Origin: Sphyrna mokarran
Lineage: Eukaryota
Direction of reading: 5' to 3'
Length of the DNA: 64,000 nucleotides
NCBI GenBank assembly: GCA_024679065.1
Contig: JAGIQG010000003.1
Location: 100,626,001-100,690,000, forward strand
Below are positions 36,140 to 48,432 of the stretch, piece after piece. Every line of letters starts with the position of its first letter. Position 1 is the stretch's first letter. The position numbers and the translations under genes are program-made. Below the pieces are notes generated by a model. It searched no databases, was not told the origin of the DNA, and was given only the letters and a program-made list of their open reading frames with translations.

Positions 36140-39030
36140 TAACTCTGAATAGTCAATTTATTGCTCTGGTGAATTCAGCAGGGACCTATTATCCCTTCAC
36201 ACTTTTGTTTAATTCAAAGCAGATGCAATACCTGGTCATATTCTTTTTGCTTGCAAAGACAGGTTACAGTGTATCAATAGATGTAGCTCCCAGCAAGTGT
36301 AAGTGAGTCACATTGATAGCCTGGCTGACAATCTTAAATTGGTTGTTAGCATAATTCTTGGCACAAAAACTCTGGATTTCCACCTCTGTCTCGAGGAATG
36401 CAAGATGAACAGCATGTTTCTTTTTTAAAGTTCTGTACTATCAAGTGGCTAAATGCATTTTCTGCCCTGTTTCCATGGCATTACCTTCAAGAGCACCTTA
36501 GCATCATTGTTCAGAAAACATTCAGGTGCAGAGTACACAGCCTACGGCTGGTTTTTATGAATTCTGTTTCAATACCCCTCATATGTGAGAGTCCACTGAT
36601 CTATCTAGTTAATCTTTCATATAACGTTCAAAAGGATGGTGATTATTTGTTCGAACAAATATTCATTTTAAATACCCATCAGCGATCCACTGATTGACTA
36701 AACAGAGCAGTGCTGCAACCAATGGGACAGTTTAAAACTCTGTAGCTGTCCCATGACAAATCAAAGGTTGTGATGAAAAGCTAAGCAAATAGTAGGGAAG
36801 GTCTTATTAAAATCCACATCCACAAATTATGGACTAGCACCTGAGAGCAAGAAACAAAATTGTTCTTAAGCAACTTTAACTAGAAGTACCAAGAAGCATT
36901 CCCTTTAAGATGCAATTGTTGTATTCAGCCTGACAACTTCAATGTGGATCTTTCAGGTTTATTTATGGTCCTATTTATGCATTGCTTCTAATGGAAAAAG
37001 TGGCGGCACAATGGCACAGTGGTTAGCACTGCTGCCTCCCAGCACCAGGGCTCGGATTCATTTCCAGTCTTGGGGGTGACTATCTGCGTGGAGCTTGCAT
37101 GTTCTCCCTTTGTCTATGTGAGTTTCCTCCTGATGCTCCAGTTTCCTCCAACTCTTCAAAGATGTGCAGGTTAGGTGAATTGGCCATGGTAAAATTACAC
37201 TTACTGTCAGGATGAATACGAGGACAGGACCTGGGTGGAATTGTTGTCAGTGCTGTTTGGATGGGCCAAATGGTTTCTATAGTTCAAACAAAAACTTTCA
37301 GTCCATTATGGGACCCACGCTCATGCAGCTAAGTGAGAACAGTGGTGCCAAGCTGATAATCCTATTTGGCCTCCTTCTCAGGTTGCATCATTATGATACC
37401 AGTGTTCAACAAGGTAGTTCATTTCATGTTACAAGAAGCAGTTGCAGTACAACAATAATATCCCCCAACAGTATGCAAGATGGACTGGGTATATTGATCA
37501 CAAAATAAATAATTAACATGAATCAGCCAGTGTCCTTTAGGGAAGGAAATGTGTCATCCTTACCTGGTCTAATCGACATGTGACTTCAGATCCACAACAA
37601 TGTGGTCGATTCTTAAATGCCCTCGGCGGTGGCAACAAATGCTGGCACAGCCAGCGACACCCACGTCGCATGAACAAATTTAAAAAGAATTATTGTGCTG
37701 CTGATGATTTCCCATTTAAATGTAGAATGATAATTGGGGGTCATCAATAGCAAACCCTTTAAAGACTTAGTTTGGATTCTGTAAGAACTGATCACTTCCA
37801 GATCTCATCACTACTCTTACCCAGCAAGATGCGATTGCTAATGTATTGTTTGCTTGAGGAGAGGTGAGAGTTGCTTCCTCAATATCAAAGTAGCATTCAA
37901 TGCAGTATGAGAAAAAGAAGCCCTGGTAAACTGATTATCAATGAGGGTCAAAGGGGAAACCCTCCTTTAGCTTAAGTTGGAACTGCCAAAAAGGAAGAAA
38001 GTTGTGATTATAGGAGGTTGAATACCAGCATCCTCCATCACACACCCGTTAGTCACGGTTCAGTTAATGATGCGCTTGCTTCTGAATTGCAAAATTCTGG
38101 GTTTAATTCCCCTACTAGACACCATCCAGGACAAAACAGCCCATTTGATTACACCCCATCCACAAACATTCACTCCCTCTACAACCACCGCATGTGGCAG
38201 CCATGTGTACCATCTACAAGATTCACTTCAGGAACTCACCAAGACTCCTGAGATAGCACTTTCAAAACCCATAGCCAATACATCTAAAAGGACAAGGACA
38301 GCAGTATATGAGAGCACCACCATCTGGAAATTCCTTTTCAAGCCACCCACTATCCTAACATGAAAACAAATCACTGTTCCTTCACTGTTGCTAGGTCAAT
38401 ATTCTGGACCTCTCTCTCAAAGAGCGCTGTGGGTGTATCTGCACCACCTGCACTGTAGCAATTCAAGAAGACAGCTCACAAGCACCTCCTCAAGGGCAAT
38501 TAGGGATGGGCAATAAAGACTGGCCTAGCTATCCAATGAATGAATAAACAAAAATCAGATTTTCTGGTCATTGTTAGATTTGTATTTGTGAGAGTTTGCT
38601 GAATGCAGATTAGTTGCCATGTTTCTCCCATTATAGCAGTGACTATGCTTCAAAGCGTATTTTGTTGATGATAAAGACATGTTAAATGTTTGTGGAAAGT
38701 AATATATAAATGAAAGTATTTATTTTTTCACCCTGCTATTTGATTGGAAACTTTTTTACTGCAATAATTCCTTTATTTTTCTTCTATGGCTATTATTTTA
38801 TTTTCAGAAATTGGACAGGTTTTTGAGTTCAGTGTTGAATGAATTGGGGTGGCCATTCATTACACATGCATTTGCCAACTAGAGGGCAGAAACTTCTGGC
38901 CGTGCTCACAAACTCTGTATGGTCCATTTCTTGCCTCCCCCTCAACACCGCTGCTGTCTTCTCTTCTCCCCCACACCCTCTACCATTCTTGTGGCGGTTG
39001 GGACTGGATTATTCTGCCCATAGTGTCTAG
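36140..39030 (+). repeat. Tandem segmental repeat unit 2 (~2.89 kb)
   Basis: Same order as unit 1: unique segment, HE1, spacer, SINE, LINE RT piece, LINE 3' end, DeuSINE tail, short MITE. Confidence 0.95.
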
Positions 39031-40249
39031 TCAATTCTGCTAGGTCAAGGTATTGCCATGGTGAATTCAGCAAGGACCTATTATCCCTTCACACTTTTAA
39101 AAATTCAATACAAATGTAATGCCTGGATATGTTCCTTTTGCTTGCAGATGACAGGTTAACGTATGAATAGATATAGCTCCCATCAAGTGTAAGTGAGCCA
39201 TACGGATAGCTTGGTTGATAATCTTAAATTGGTTGTTACTATAATTCTTGGCAGAAAATTGTATTTTTGTATCTGTCCTGAGGAATGCAAGATGAACTGC
39301 TTGTCATTTTTTTTTAAAGTTCCGTATTATCAAGTGGCTAAATGCATTTTCTCTGTTGTTTCCACTGCATTACCTTCAAGAGCACCCTAGCATCATTGTG
39401 CAGGTGTAGAGTAAGCAGCTTACGGCTGGTATATTATGAATTCTGTTTCAATACCCCTCATATGTGAGAGTCCATTGATCTACCTAGTTAATCTTTCATA
39501 TAGCTTTCAAAAGGATGGTGATTATTTGTTTGAACAAGCATTCATTTTAAATATCCATCAGCATTCCACTGATTGATTAAACTGAGCAGAGCTGCAACCA
39601 ATGGGACAGTTTAAAGTTCTGTAACTCTCCCACGACCAGTCGAAGATTGTGATGAAAAGCTAAGCAAATAGTAGGGAACGCTTTATAAAAATCCACATCC
39701 ACAAAGACCAGCATCTGAGACCAAGAAACGGAAATGTTTTTAAGCAACTTCAACCGAAACTACCAAGAAGCATTCCCTTTATGATGTAGTTGTTGCATGC
39801 AGCCTGTTATCATAAGTGTGGATCCTTCAGGCTTTTTCCTGTGAATCCTTATATTCATGGCTGGCACCATGACAAAGTATTTGGCACTGCTGCCTTCTAG
39901 CACCAGGATCTTGGGTTCATTTCCAGCCTTGGGGGACTGTCTGTGTGGGGCTTGCATATTTCCCCTTTGTCTGTGTGATTTCTGTCCTGATGGTCCGCTT
40001 TCCTCTCACACTCCAAAGATATGCAGGTTAGGTTGATTGCCTATGATAAAATTGCTGCTTAGTGTCAGGATGAATACATGGATAGGACCTGAGTGGAATT
40101 GTTGTCAGTGTAGGTTCAATGGGCCAAATGGCCTCCTTCTGTTTCTATGATTTGAACAAAACCTTTCAGTTTGTTATGGGACTGCTCACCTATGCAGCTA
40201 AGTGAGAACGTTTGTGCCAAGTGGATAATCCTCTTCGGCCTTCTCCTGA

Positions 40250-40380
40250 CGTTCTCATTGGAACCAGGAATGTTGAGGGGTGACTTGATAGAAGTCTACA
40301 AGATTATGAGTGTGGATAGTCACAAGCTTTTTCTCAGGGTGGAGGAGTCAAAGGTGTGAGGTGCGAGGGGCAAGGTTTAA
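40250..40380 (+). mobile_element. Internal CR1 fragment unique to unit 3
   Basis: FSLEPGMLRGDLIEVYKIM. It replaces the spacer present in units 1 and 2. Confidence 0.8.
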
Positions 40381-41613
40381 CATGGATTGGGTACATTGAC
40401 CACAAAATAAATAATTAACATGGACATCCAATGTCCTTAAAGGAAGGAAACCTATCATCCTTGCCTGGTCTAGCCGACATGTGACTCCAGATCCATAACA
40501 ATGTGGTTAATTCTTGAATGCCCCCAGTAGTGGGCAATAAATGCTGGCCGGCCAGCGATGCCTACAATGCATGAACATATAAATAAAAAATTACTGCCTT
40601 GCTGATGATTTTCCATTCAAATGTAGAATGATAATTAGGAGTCATCAATGGCATCACCATTAAAGACTTAGTTTAGATTCTGTAAGAACCAGCCAGTTCT
40701 AGACCTCATCGCTACTTTTATCCCATAAGATTGCCAATATATTGCTTACTAGAAAAGAGTTGAAAGTAGCTGCCTCAATATCAAAATAGCATTCAATACA
40801 CTATGACCATAAGACCATGAGACATAGTAGCAGAATTAGACCACTCGGCCCATTGAATTTGCTCTACCATTCAATCATGGCTGATATTTTTATCATCCCC
40901 ATTCTCCTGCCTTTTCCATAAAATGACTAATCCCCTTATTAATCAAGAACCTATCTATTTCTGTCTTAAAGACACCCAATGACCTGGCCTCCACAACTTT
41001 CTATGGCAAAGAGTTCCATATATTCACTACTCTCAGGCTGAAGAAATTTCTCCTCATCTGTGTTTTAAAGGATAGTCCCTTTAGCCTGTGGTTATGCTCT
41101 CTGGTTCTAGTTTTTCCTATTAGTGGAAACATCCTGTCCATGTCCACTCTATCCAGGCTTCACAAAATCCTGTAAGTTTCAATAAGATAACCCTCATCTA
41201 AAACTCCAGTGAGTACAGACTCAGAGTTCTCAATTGTTCCTCATACGACAAGTCCTTCATTCCAAGGATCAAGCCTCAATGTTCTAAAACTCCAGTGAGT
41301 ACAAACCCAGAGTCCTCAACTGTTCCTCATACGACAAGTCCTTCATTCCAGGGATCATTCTTGTGAACCTCCTTTGGACCCTTTTCAATATCTGCACATC
41401 CTTCCTTGGGGCTCAAAACTGCTCACAATACTCCCAATGGGGTCTGACCACAGCCTTATTCAGCCTCAGAAGTATATCCCTGCTCTTGTATGCTAGTCCT
41501 CTTGACATGAATGCTAACATTGCATTTGCCTTCTTAACTGTCGATTGAACCTGCACATTAACCTTAAGAGAATCTTGAACACTGACTCCCAAGTTCCCTT
41601 GTGTTTCTGATTT

Positions 41614-41870
41614 CATAGAATCATAGAATGCTACAGTGCAGAAGGAAGCCATTTGGCCTATCGAGTCTGCACCGATCATGATTCCACCCAGGTCTTATAC
41701 CTATAACCCCATGCATTTACTCTAGCCAGTCCCCCTGACACTAAGTGCACTAAGTGGTAATTTAGCATGGCCAATCCACCTAACCTGCACATGTTTGGAC
41801 TGTGGGAGGAAACCAGAGCACCTGGAGGAAATCCATGCAGATACAGGGAGAATGTGCAAACTCCATACAG
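41614..41870 (-). mobile_element. HE1 V-SINE inserted in CR1
   Basis: catagaatcatagaatgctacagtgcagaagg...gcatggccaatccacctaacctgcac. Confidence 0.92.
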
Positions 41871-42054
41871 ATGCTTATTTCTTAAGCATTTTCACATTCA
41901 GAAAATAGTCTATCCCTTCACTTTTCCTCACAAAGTGCATAACTTTACACTTTCCTACATTGTATTCCATCTGCCATTTCTTTGCCCATTCTCCTAACAT
42001 GTCCAAGTCCCTCTGGAGACCCCCTACTTCCTCAATACTATCTGTCCCTCTACA

Positions 42055-42164
42055 CTCAATTTAGGTTTAGGTTAGAGGGTCATTGCTTTTTCTCCATTGG
42101 TCGGTGCAACATCGAGGGCCGAAGGGCCTGTACTGCGCTGTAGTGTTCTATGTTCTATGTTCTA
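42055..42164 (+). mobile_element. Severely 5'-truncated young CR1 tail with 25-bp flanking duplication
   Basis: gagggccgaagggcctgtactgcgctg...(gttctat)3, flanked by ttcctcaata(c/t)tatctgtccc(t/c)cta at 42028-42052 and 42165-42189. Confidence 0.88.
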
Positions 42165-42189
42165 TTCCTCAATATTATCTGTCCCCCTA

Positions 42190-43290
42190 TTATCTAATAG
42201 AAAGCAGAGGGTAGGTATTAATGGGTGATTTTCTGATTGACAGATGGTGACTAGTGGAGTGCCTCAGGCATCAGTGCTGTGGCCTCAACTATTTACCATT
42301 TACATAGATGATCTGGAGGAAGGGGCTGAGTGCAGGGTGACGAAATTTGCTGATGACACGAAGCTGAGTGGAAAATTAAATTGCGTGGAGGGTGTGGAAA
42401 GTCTGCAGAGGGATCTGGATAGGTTGAGTGAGTGGGCGAGGACCTGGTAGATGGAGTATAATGTTAGCAAGTGTGAAGTCATCCATTTTGGTAGGAACAA
42501 TGGTAGGAAGAATTACTATTTAAATGGTGAAAAGCTGCAGCATGTGACGGTGCAGAGGGACCTGGGGTTCCTTGTGCACGAATCGCAAGAACACAGTATG
42601 CAGGTGCAGTATATGATTAAGAAGGCGAATGCAATGTTGGCCTTTATAGCTAGGGGGATAGAATATAAAAGTAGGGAGGTACTTTTGTAGCTGTATAGGG
42701 TACTGGTGAGGCTGCAGCTGGAGTACTGTGTGCAGTTTTGGTCGCTGCATTCGAGGAAGGATATATTGGCCTTGGAGGGGGTGCAGAGAAGGTTCAAAGG
42801 GTTGATACCAGAGATGAGGGCTATGAGGAGAGACTAAATAGGCTAGGTTTGTACTCTTTTGAGTTTAGAAGATTGAGAAGGAATCTTATAGACATGTGTA
42901 AGACAATGAAGGGGATGGATAGGGTAGAGGTTGAGAGACTCTTCCCGCTTAGCAAAGATAACAGGACTAGAGGGCACAGCCTCAAGATTGGGGTGGGGGG
43001 GGGGGGGGGGAGAAGTGGTTCAAATCAGAGTTGAATTTCTTCATGCAAAGGGTGGTGAATCTTTGGAATTCTCTGCCTGATGAGGTGGTGGAGGCTTCCT
43101 TGCTGAATACGTTCAAGTCAAGAGTGGATATGTTTTTGATTGACAAAGGAATTAAGGGTTACGGGGAGAAAGCGGGAAAGTGGTATTGAACCACTACAGA
43201 TCAGCCATGATCTTATTGAATGGCAGGGCATACTCGAAGGGTTGGATGGCCTACTTCTGTTTCTATTTCTTAAGTTCTTATGTTCTTATA
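42190..43290 (+). mobile_element. CR1/HER1-like LINE 3' portion
   Basis: [43 protein letters not shown]; tail ttcttatgttctta. Confidence 0.95.
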
Positions 43291-45429
43291 TCTCTGTATC
43301 AACTGCAAGCTTAGCAAGAGTGCCTTCAGTTCCTTCCTCCAAATTGTTAATGTATATTGTGAAAAGTTGTGGTCCCAGCATACCACTAGTCACCAACTAC
43401 CATCCTGGAAAAGATCCCTTTATCCCCATTCTCTGCTTTTTGCCAATCAGCCAATCCTTTATCCATGCCAGGATGTTCCCCATAACACCATGGGCTCTTA
43501 ACCTGTTTAACAGTCTGCTATGTGGCATCTTGTCAAAGGCCTTCTGGAAATCTAAATAAATCATGTCCACGGGTTCTTCTTTATCTAACTTCCTTGTTAC
43601 CTCTTCAAAAATTGCTTAATGATGGGCTTCAAAGGGGAAATGCTCCTTTAGCTGAAGTCACAGCTGCCAAAAAGAAAGATAGTTATGGTTACCAGAGGTC
43701 AAATATCAGCATTCTCCACTGACAGACCTGTTAGTCATGGTTCAGTTAATGATGCACTTACTAATGAATTGCAAAATTCTGGTTTCAAGTCACGTTCTAG
43801 ACAGAATAGCCCATTTGATTAATGCCCCATCCACAAACATTCACTCCCTCCACAAGCACCACACACTGTCAGCCATATATATCATCTACAAGATGCATTG
43901 CAAGAACTCACCAAGGCTACTTCAAAACCTATGACCATTACATCTAAAAGGACAAGGGCAGCAGTGGATGAGAATACCACCATCTGGAAATTCCTCTTCA
44001 AGCTACCCACCATCCTGACTTGGAAATATGTCACCATTCCTTCACTGTTGCTGGGTCAAAATCCTGGAACTCTCTCTCAAAGAGCACCATGGGTATATCT
44101 ATACCACTGCACCTCACTAGTTCAAGAAGACAGTTCATCAACACCTTCTCAAAAGCAATTAGGGATGGGCAATAAATGTTGGCTTAACCATCATTCCAAG
44201 GATGAATAAGTAAAAATCAGATTTTCTGGTTGTTGTGTTTGTAGGAGTTTGCTGAGTGCAGGTTAGTTGCCATGTTTCTCTCATTACATCAGTGACTCTA
44301 CTTCAAAGTGTATTTTGTTGGTTATAAAGAATTTGAGATGCCCAATGTTTGTGAAAACTGATATATAAATGGAAATATTTATTTTTCACTCTGCTTTGAT
44401 TGAACGGTTTTACTGTAAGAATCACTCTATTTTTCTTCTATGTCTGTTATTTCATTTTCAGAAATTGGACAGGGTTTTGCATTGTGTTGAATGGATTGGA
44501 GCAGCCATTCATTATACTTGCATTTGCCAACAGAGGGAAGAATTTTCCCACCGCATTCTCTCTAAAATTGGAAAATCGCATCCAACGTCAGTGGACCTTT
44601 GTATGGTCTGGCCTCCCCACCCACTACCATTCTTGTGGCGGGTGGGACGGGAACATTCTCTATGGATTTTCTATTAGGAATTTCTGTCAGCCAAACCTTG
44701 GCAAAGTGTAGCACCCTCTATATGTGTATTGGAGCTGTGTAAATAGGACAAGCTACAGTGTGTCTCTCAAATCAATCAAATTTAAAAAAAAAAATTCTTA
44801 ATAAGCAATATAGGGACTGGATCAAGAAGTACCAGTTAGAATATTTCATTCAATACCAAATCAAGTATAAGAAGTGAAATAAAGTGATGCAAAAGGAGAT
44901 TGAGCTCAGAAATAAAGAAACAGATAAAATAAAAATCAATCTTTTTAAAATCGGCAGTAATATTGAACGTCTGGAAGAATGAGGCTCCACGCTTGTAAAA
45001 ATAATTTTCCGTGGTAGAAACAGTGCTTTCCAGTAATTAAGACTTCATTAAAATGGTTGCAAAGAAGTCATTGCAACAAAATCTGTTTCCAAGCCACCGA
45101 CTTCATCTCTTTCCTTAGATATTGCCTTCTGCTGAATCAGGTTTTTCATAGCCTTGATGTCATATTTGATGCAGAAGTAAGCTTCTGATCATATATTCAT
45201 GCCAGCATTGAGACTATTTTGTAATATCGCTGGATTTAGTAACATCACTAGACACAGAATTCTGAAACAACATTTGAATCTCCCCTGCCTTAGTTCATTT
45301 ACTGTTGGAACCCTCACTTTGATAACTCTGGGGTTGAATTTTTCAGCTCTTCCTACCGATGTGATTTTCTCGGTCACTGATAGTGAATCCCAGTGGTAGA
45401 TTTCCCAAGATTGGAAGGTGAGGGCCACA

Positions 45430-45890
45430 CAAAATTCATAGCTTGGTTTAGCTCCTGTTCTGACCAAAACTGCAAGAAATTACAAAGAGTTGTGAACCCA
45501 GCCCAGTCCATCACACAAACTGGCCTCCTGTCCATTGATTCCATCTATACTTCCTACAGCCTCGGAAAAGCAGAAAGCATGATCAAGCACCCCACACAAC
45601 CCAGACATACTCTTTTCCACCTTTTTTGATCAGGAAAAAGATGCAAAAGTCTGAGATCACATACCAACTGACTCAAGAACAGTTTCTCTTCAGCTGCTAT
45701 CAGATTTTTGAATGGTCCTATTACATACTAAGCTAATCTTTTGTTTTGCCCTATTGGTAACTATAACACTATATTCTGCACTCTGTCCTTTTTTTCTCCT
45801 CTTTGAATAGTATGATTTGCCTGCACCGCTCGTAAGAAACAATACTTTTCACTATATCCCAATATATGCAACAATAGCAAATCAGTTCAA
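45430..45890 (+). mobile_element. Rex1/Babar LINE 3' end
   Basis: AWFSSCSDQNCKKLQRVVNPAQSITQTGLLSIDSIY...IKHPTQPRHTLF resembles the Rex1 ORF C-terminus. The 3' UTR recurs at 55395-55535. Confidence 0.85.
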
Positions 45891-46079
45891 AATGGTCAAT
45901 GGCAGGTCGTGTCCATTGCCGGAAAACACATCACACAAAGAGCCTGAAAATCCCCCCCACTCTGGTGTTGACTATTCCAGTGCACTCTTCCACTAGTCTT
46001 TCACATTCTATCCTCTTTAACATTGAGATCATGCAAATCTCCATTGCTGGTATTCTGGGCTTTGTCCAGAAACTGGATT

Positions 46080-46500
46080 GAGAGCCATTCCCCGGGTGCT
46101 TGCTCATCCACATTGGCTACCAGTCCAGCAACATCTTGATTTTAAGCTTCTCACCGTTCTTTTCAAATCTATCCATTGCCTCACTCTTCCATATCTCTAT
46201 AACTCGTTCAGTTCTACAAACCTCCAAGATACCTCAGTTCCTCCAATTGTGGCCTCTTGAGCATTCCCAAATTTGAATGCCTCATGTGATGACAGCTTTC
46301 CAGGCCTGAAGCCATGAAAGTCCCTCCCTAAACATCTTCATTTTTTTTAACCTCTTTTATTCTCTGAAATACTACTTAAAACCTATTTTTTGACCAACCT
46401 TTTGGTTGCAACTGTCTTAATATTACCTTCTAAAGCTTGGTGTCAAATTTTGTTTGACAGCATTGCTTTGGAACATTTTGCACAATGATAAGCTATAGTT
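46080..46500 (+). mobile_element. L2 LINE 3' end
   Basis: IPRVLAHPHWLPVQQHLDFKLLTVLFKSIHCL resembles the L2 motif ITPVLASLHWLPV..RIDFK. Confidence 0.85.
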
Positions 46501-46699
46501 TTTTGATGACAATGTCAAAGAGAACTCACACTGGAATGGACAAGACACACCTTTTACTGTTAGTTTCATAAGTATCTATCATGTAACCAAAGCGACTTCA
46601 TGCTGTTGAATGAATTTCAGTGTCCACTTTCTCAGAGAGATTCCAGTACAATGCAACTTCTGAAGGAGCAGGGTAACTCTAATGATAGCATTCTATAAA

Positions 46700-47060
46700 A
46701 TTAAAATGCTGCAAATTCTGGGAATCTGGAATAAAAATAGAAGTGCTGGAAAAACTCAGCAGTTTTGGCAACATATGTGAAGGGAAAAACAGAGTTAATG
46801 TTTTGTGCCCAATATGACTCTTCTTTGGAACTGAGGAGGCCACCACATGCTGGATTTCATATTGTTGAGAAAAGGAGAGAGGGTCCGCTGTAGCAAAAGA
46901 GATCAGAGACAGGTCAAAGGGTGGGGATGATTAAATGACAAAGATGCTAAGAACAAAATGTAAAGGGAGGTAAATGGTCATAGTCAAAAAACAAATTGTT
47001 GATCTGGAGTAGGTGTTAACAGCAGAGTAAAGGTCAGCTCTGAACTTCAGACCATGACTC
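46700..47060 (-). mobile_element. PLE pLTR of a second family, left arm of an old fold-back element
   Basis: gtgctggaaaaactcagcag...cagagttaatgtttt...atatgactcttc. Its reverse complement aligns with 48955-49275. Confidence 0.75.
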
Positions 47061-47433
47061 AAATCTGTCCTGCTTTAATTCATTCTGTGTTGAAACTATC
47101 ATTCATACATGAAAAAAGGAGATGAAAAACTATCATTTATACATCATTTAAAAGGCGAAAAGCTGCAGCATATTATGGTGCAGAGAACCTGGGGGTCCTT
47201 GTGTAGGAATTGCAAAAACCCAGTCTGCAGGTGCAGCAGGTGATCAAGAAGGCGAATGGGATGTTGGCCTTTATAGCTAGGGGATAGAATATAAAAGTAG
47301 GGAGGTCTTGTTGCAACTGAAAAGAATGCTGATGAGGCCGCAGCTGGAGTACTGTGTGCAGTTTTGATCGCTGCATTTGTGAAAGGATATATTGGCCTTG
47401 GAGGAAGTGCAGAGAAGGTTCACTAGGCTGATA

Positions 47434-48431
47434 GAACATAGAACATAGAACATTACAGCACAGAACAGGCCCTTCGGCCTTCGATGTTGTGCCGACCAAA
47501 ATAAAAAGCAATGCCCCTCCAAACTAAACCATTCCCTTCTCTTCCATATACTTATCAATTAACCTCTTAAACGCCACCAAACTTGGCGCATCTACAACAG
47601 CTGCAGGCAGGGCATTCCACTCCCTAATCACTCTTTGAGTAAAGAACCTACCTCTGATATCCGTCCTATAACTCATACCCCTTAATTTAAAGCTGTGTCC
47701 CCTCGTGCTAGCTTTCTCCATCCTAGGAAAAAGGCTATCACTGTCCACCCTATCTAAACCTCTAATCATCTTATATGTTTCAATAAGATCCCCTCTTAGC
47801 CGCCTCCTTTCTAACGAAAACAACCTCAAATCCTTCAACCTCTCTTCATAGGACCTGCCCTCCATACCAGGCAACATCCTGGTAAACCTCCTCTGTACCC
47901 TCTCCAATGCCTCCACATCTTTCTTATAATGTGGGGACCAGAACTGCACACAATACTCCAAGTGCGGCCGCACTAGAGTTTTGTACAGTTGCAACATGAT
48001 GCTGCGGCTCCTAAATTCAATCCCCCTACCAATAAAAGCTAAGACTCCATATGCCTTCTTAACAACTTTATCCACTTGACTGCCTACTTTCAGGGATCTA
48101 TTGACACATACACCAAGATCCTTCTGTTCCTCAACACTATTAAGAGCCCTACCATTAGCCCTATACTCTACACATTTATTGTTCCTGCCAAAGTGCATTA
48201 CCTCACACTTTTCCACATTAAACTCCATTTGCCACCTCTCGGCCCAGCTCTGCAACTTGTCCAAGTCACTCTGTAAACTATAACACCCCTCTTCACTATC
48301 TACCACTCCACCGACTTTAGTGTCATCTGCAAATTTACTGATCCATCCCTCAATACCCTCATCCAGATCATTTATAAAAATTACAAACAGCAGGGGCCCC
48401 AAAACAGACCCCTGAGGCACACCACTTGTCA
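47434..48431 (-). mobile_element. Young 5'-truncated CR1 LINE with 6-bp TSD
   Basis: (gaacata)3 tail; ctgata duplicated at 47428-47433 and 48432-48437. Confidence 0.95.
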
Positions 48432-48432
48432 C
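47524..48432 (-). pseudogene. Uninterrupted 302-codon C-terminal part of CR1 ORF2 (reverse transcriptase), 5'-truncated
   Basis: [58 protein letters not shown]. No upstream ORF or promoter. Confidence 0.95.

Larger units (their letters stand above)
33190..36140 (+). repeat. Tandem segmental repeat unit 1 (~2.95 kb)
   Basis: Collinear with units 2 and 3; for example atagatgtagc near 33320, 36277 and 39167. Confidence 0.95.
40805..43615 (-). mobile_element. CR1 LINE (minus strand) split by three later insertions
   Basis: Tail ccataagaccatgagacatag. ORF 41413-41679 reads KKANAMLAFMSRG...VRPHWEYCEQF. It resumes at 43290-43615 (inverse DFQKAFDKMPH). Internal ~73-bp duplication at 41198-41271 / 41284-41357. 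Confidence 0.9.
39030..44700 (+). repeat. Tandem segmental repeat unit 3, expanded by ~2.8 kb of later insertions
   Basis: Homology to units 1 and 2 breaks at about 40805 and resumes at about 43615. Confidence 0.93.

Noticed and set aside
33184-36697. Short ORFs in the unique segment of the tandem units
   Set aside because: Frames and stops are not conserved between the three copies.
37000-37075. tRNA-like A/B boxes (gtggttagcac...ggattcattt)
   Set aside because: These are SINE heads followed by a V-domain; no cloverleaf or CCA-compatible end.
42989-43012. Long G-run as a functional G-quadruplex
   Set aside because: It is a slippage expansion of a G-tract found at the same position in sibling CR1 copies (3603, 48628, 58525).
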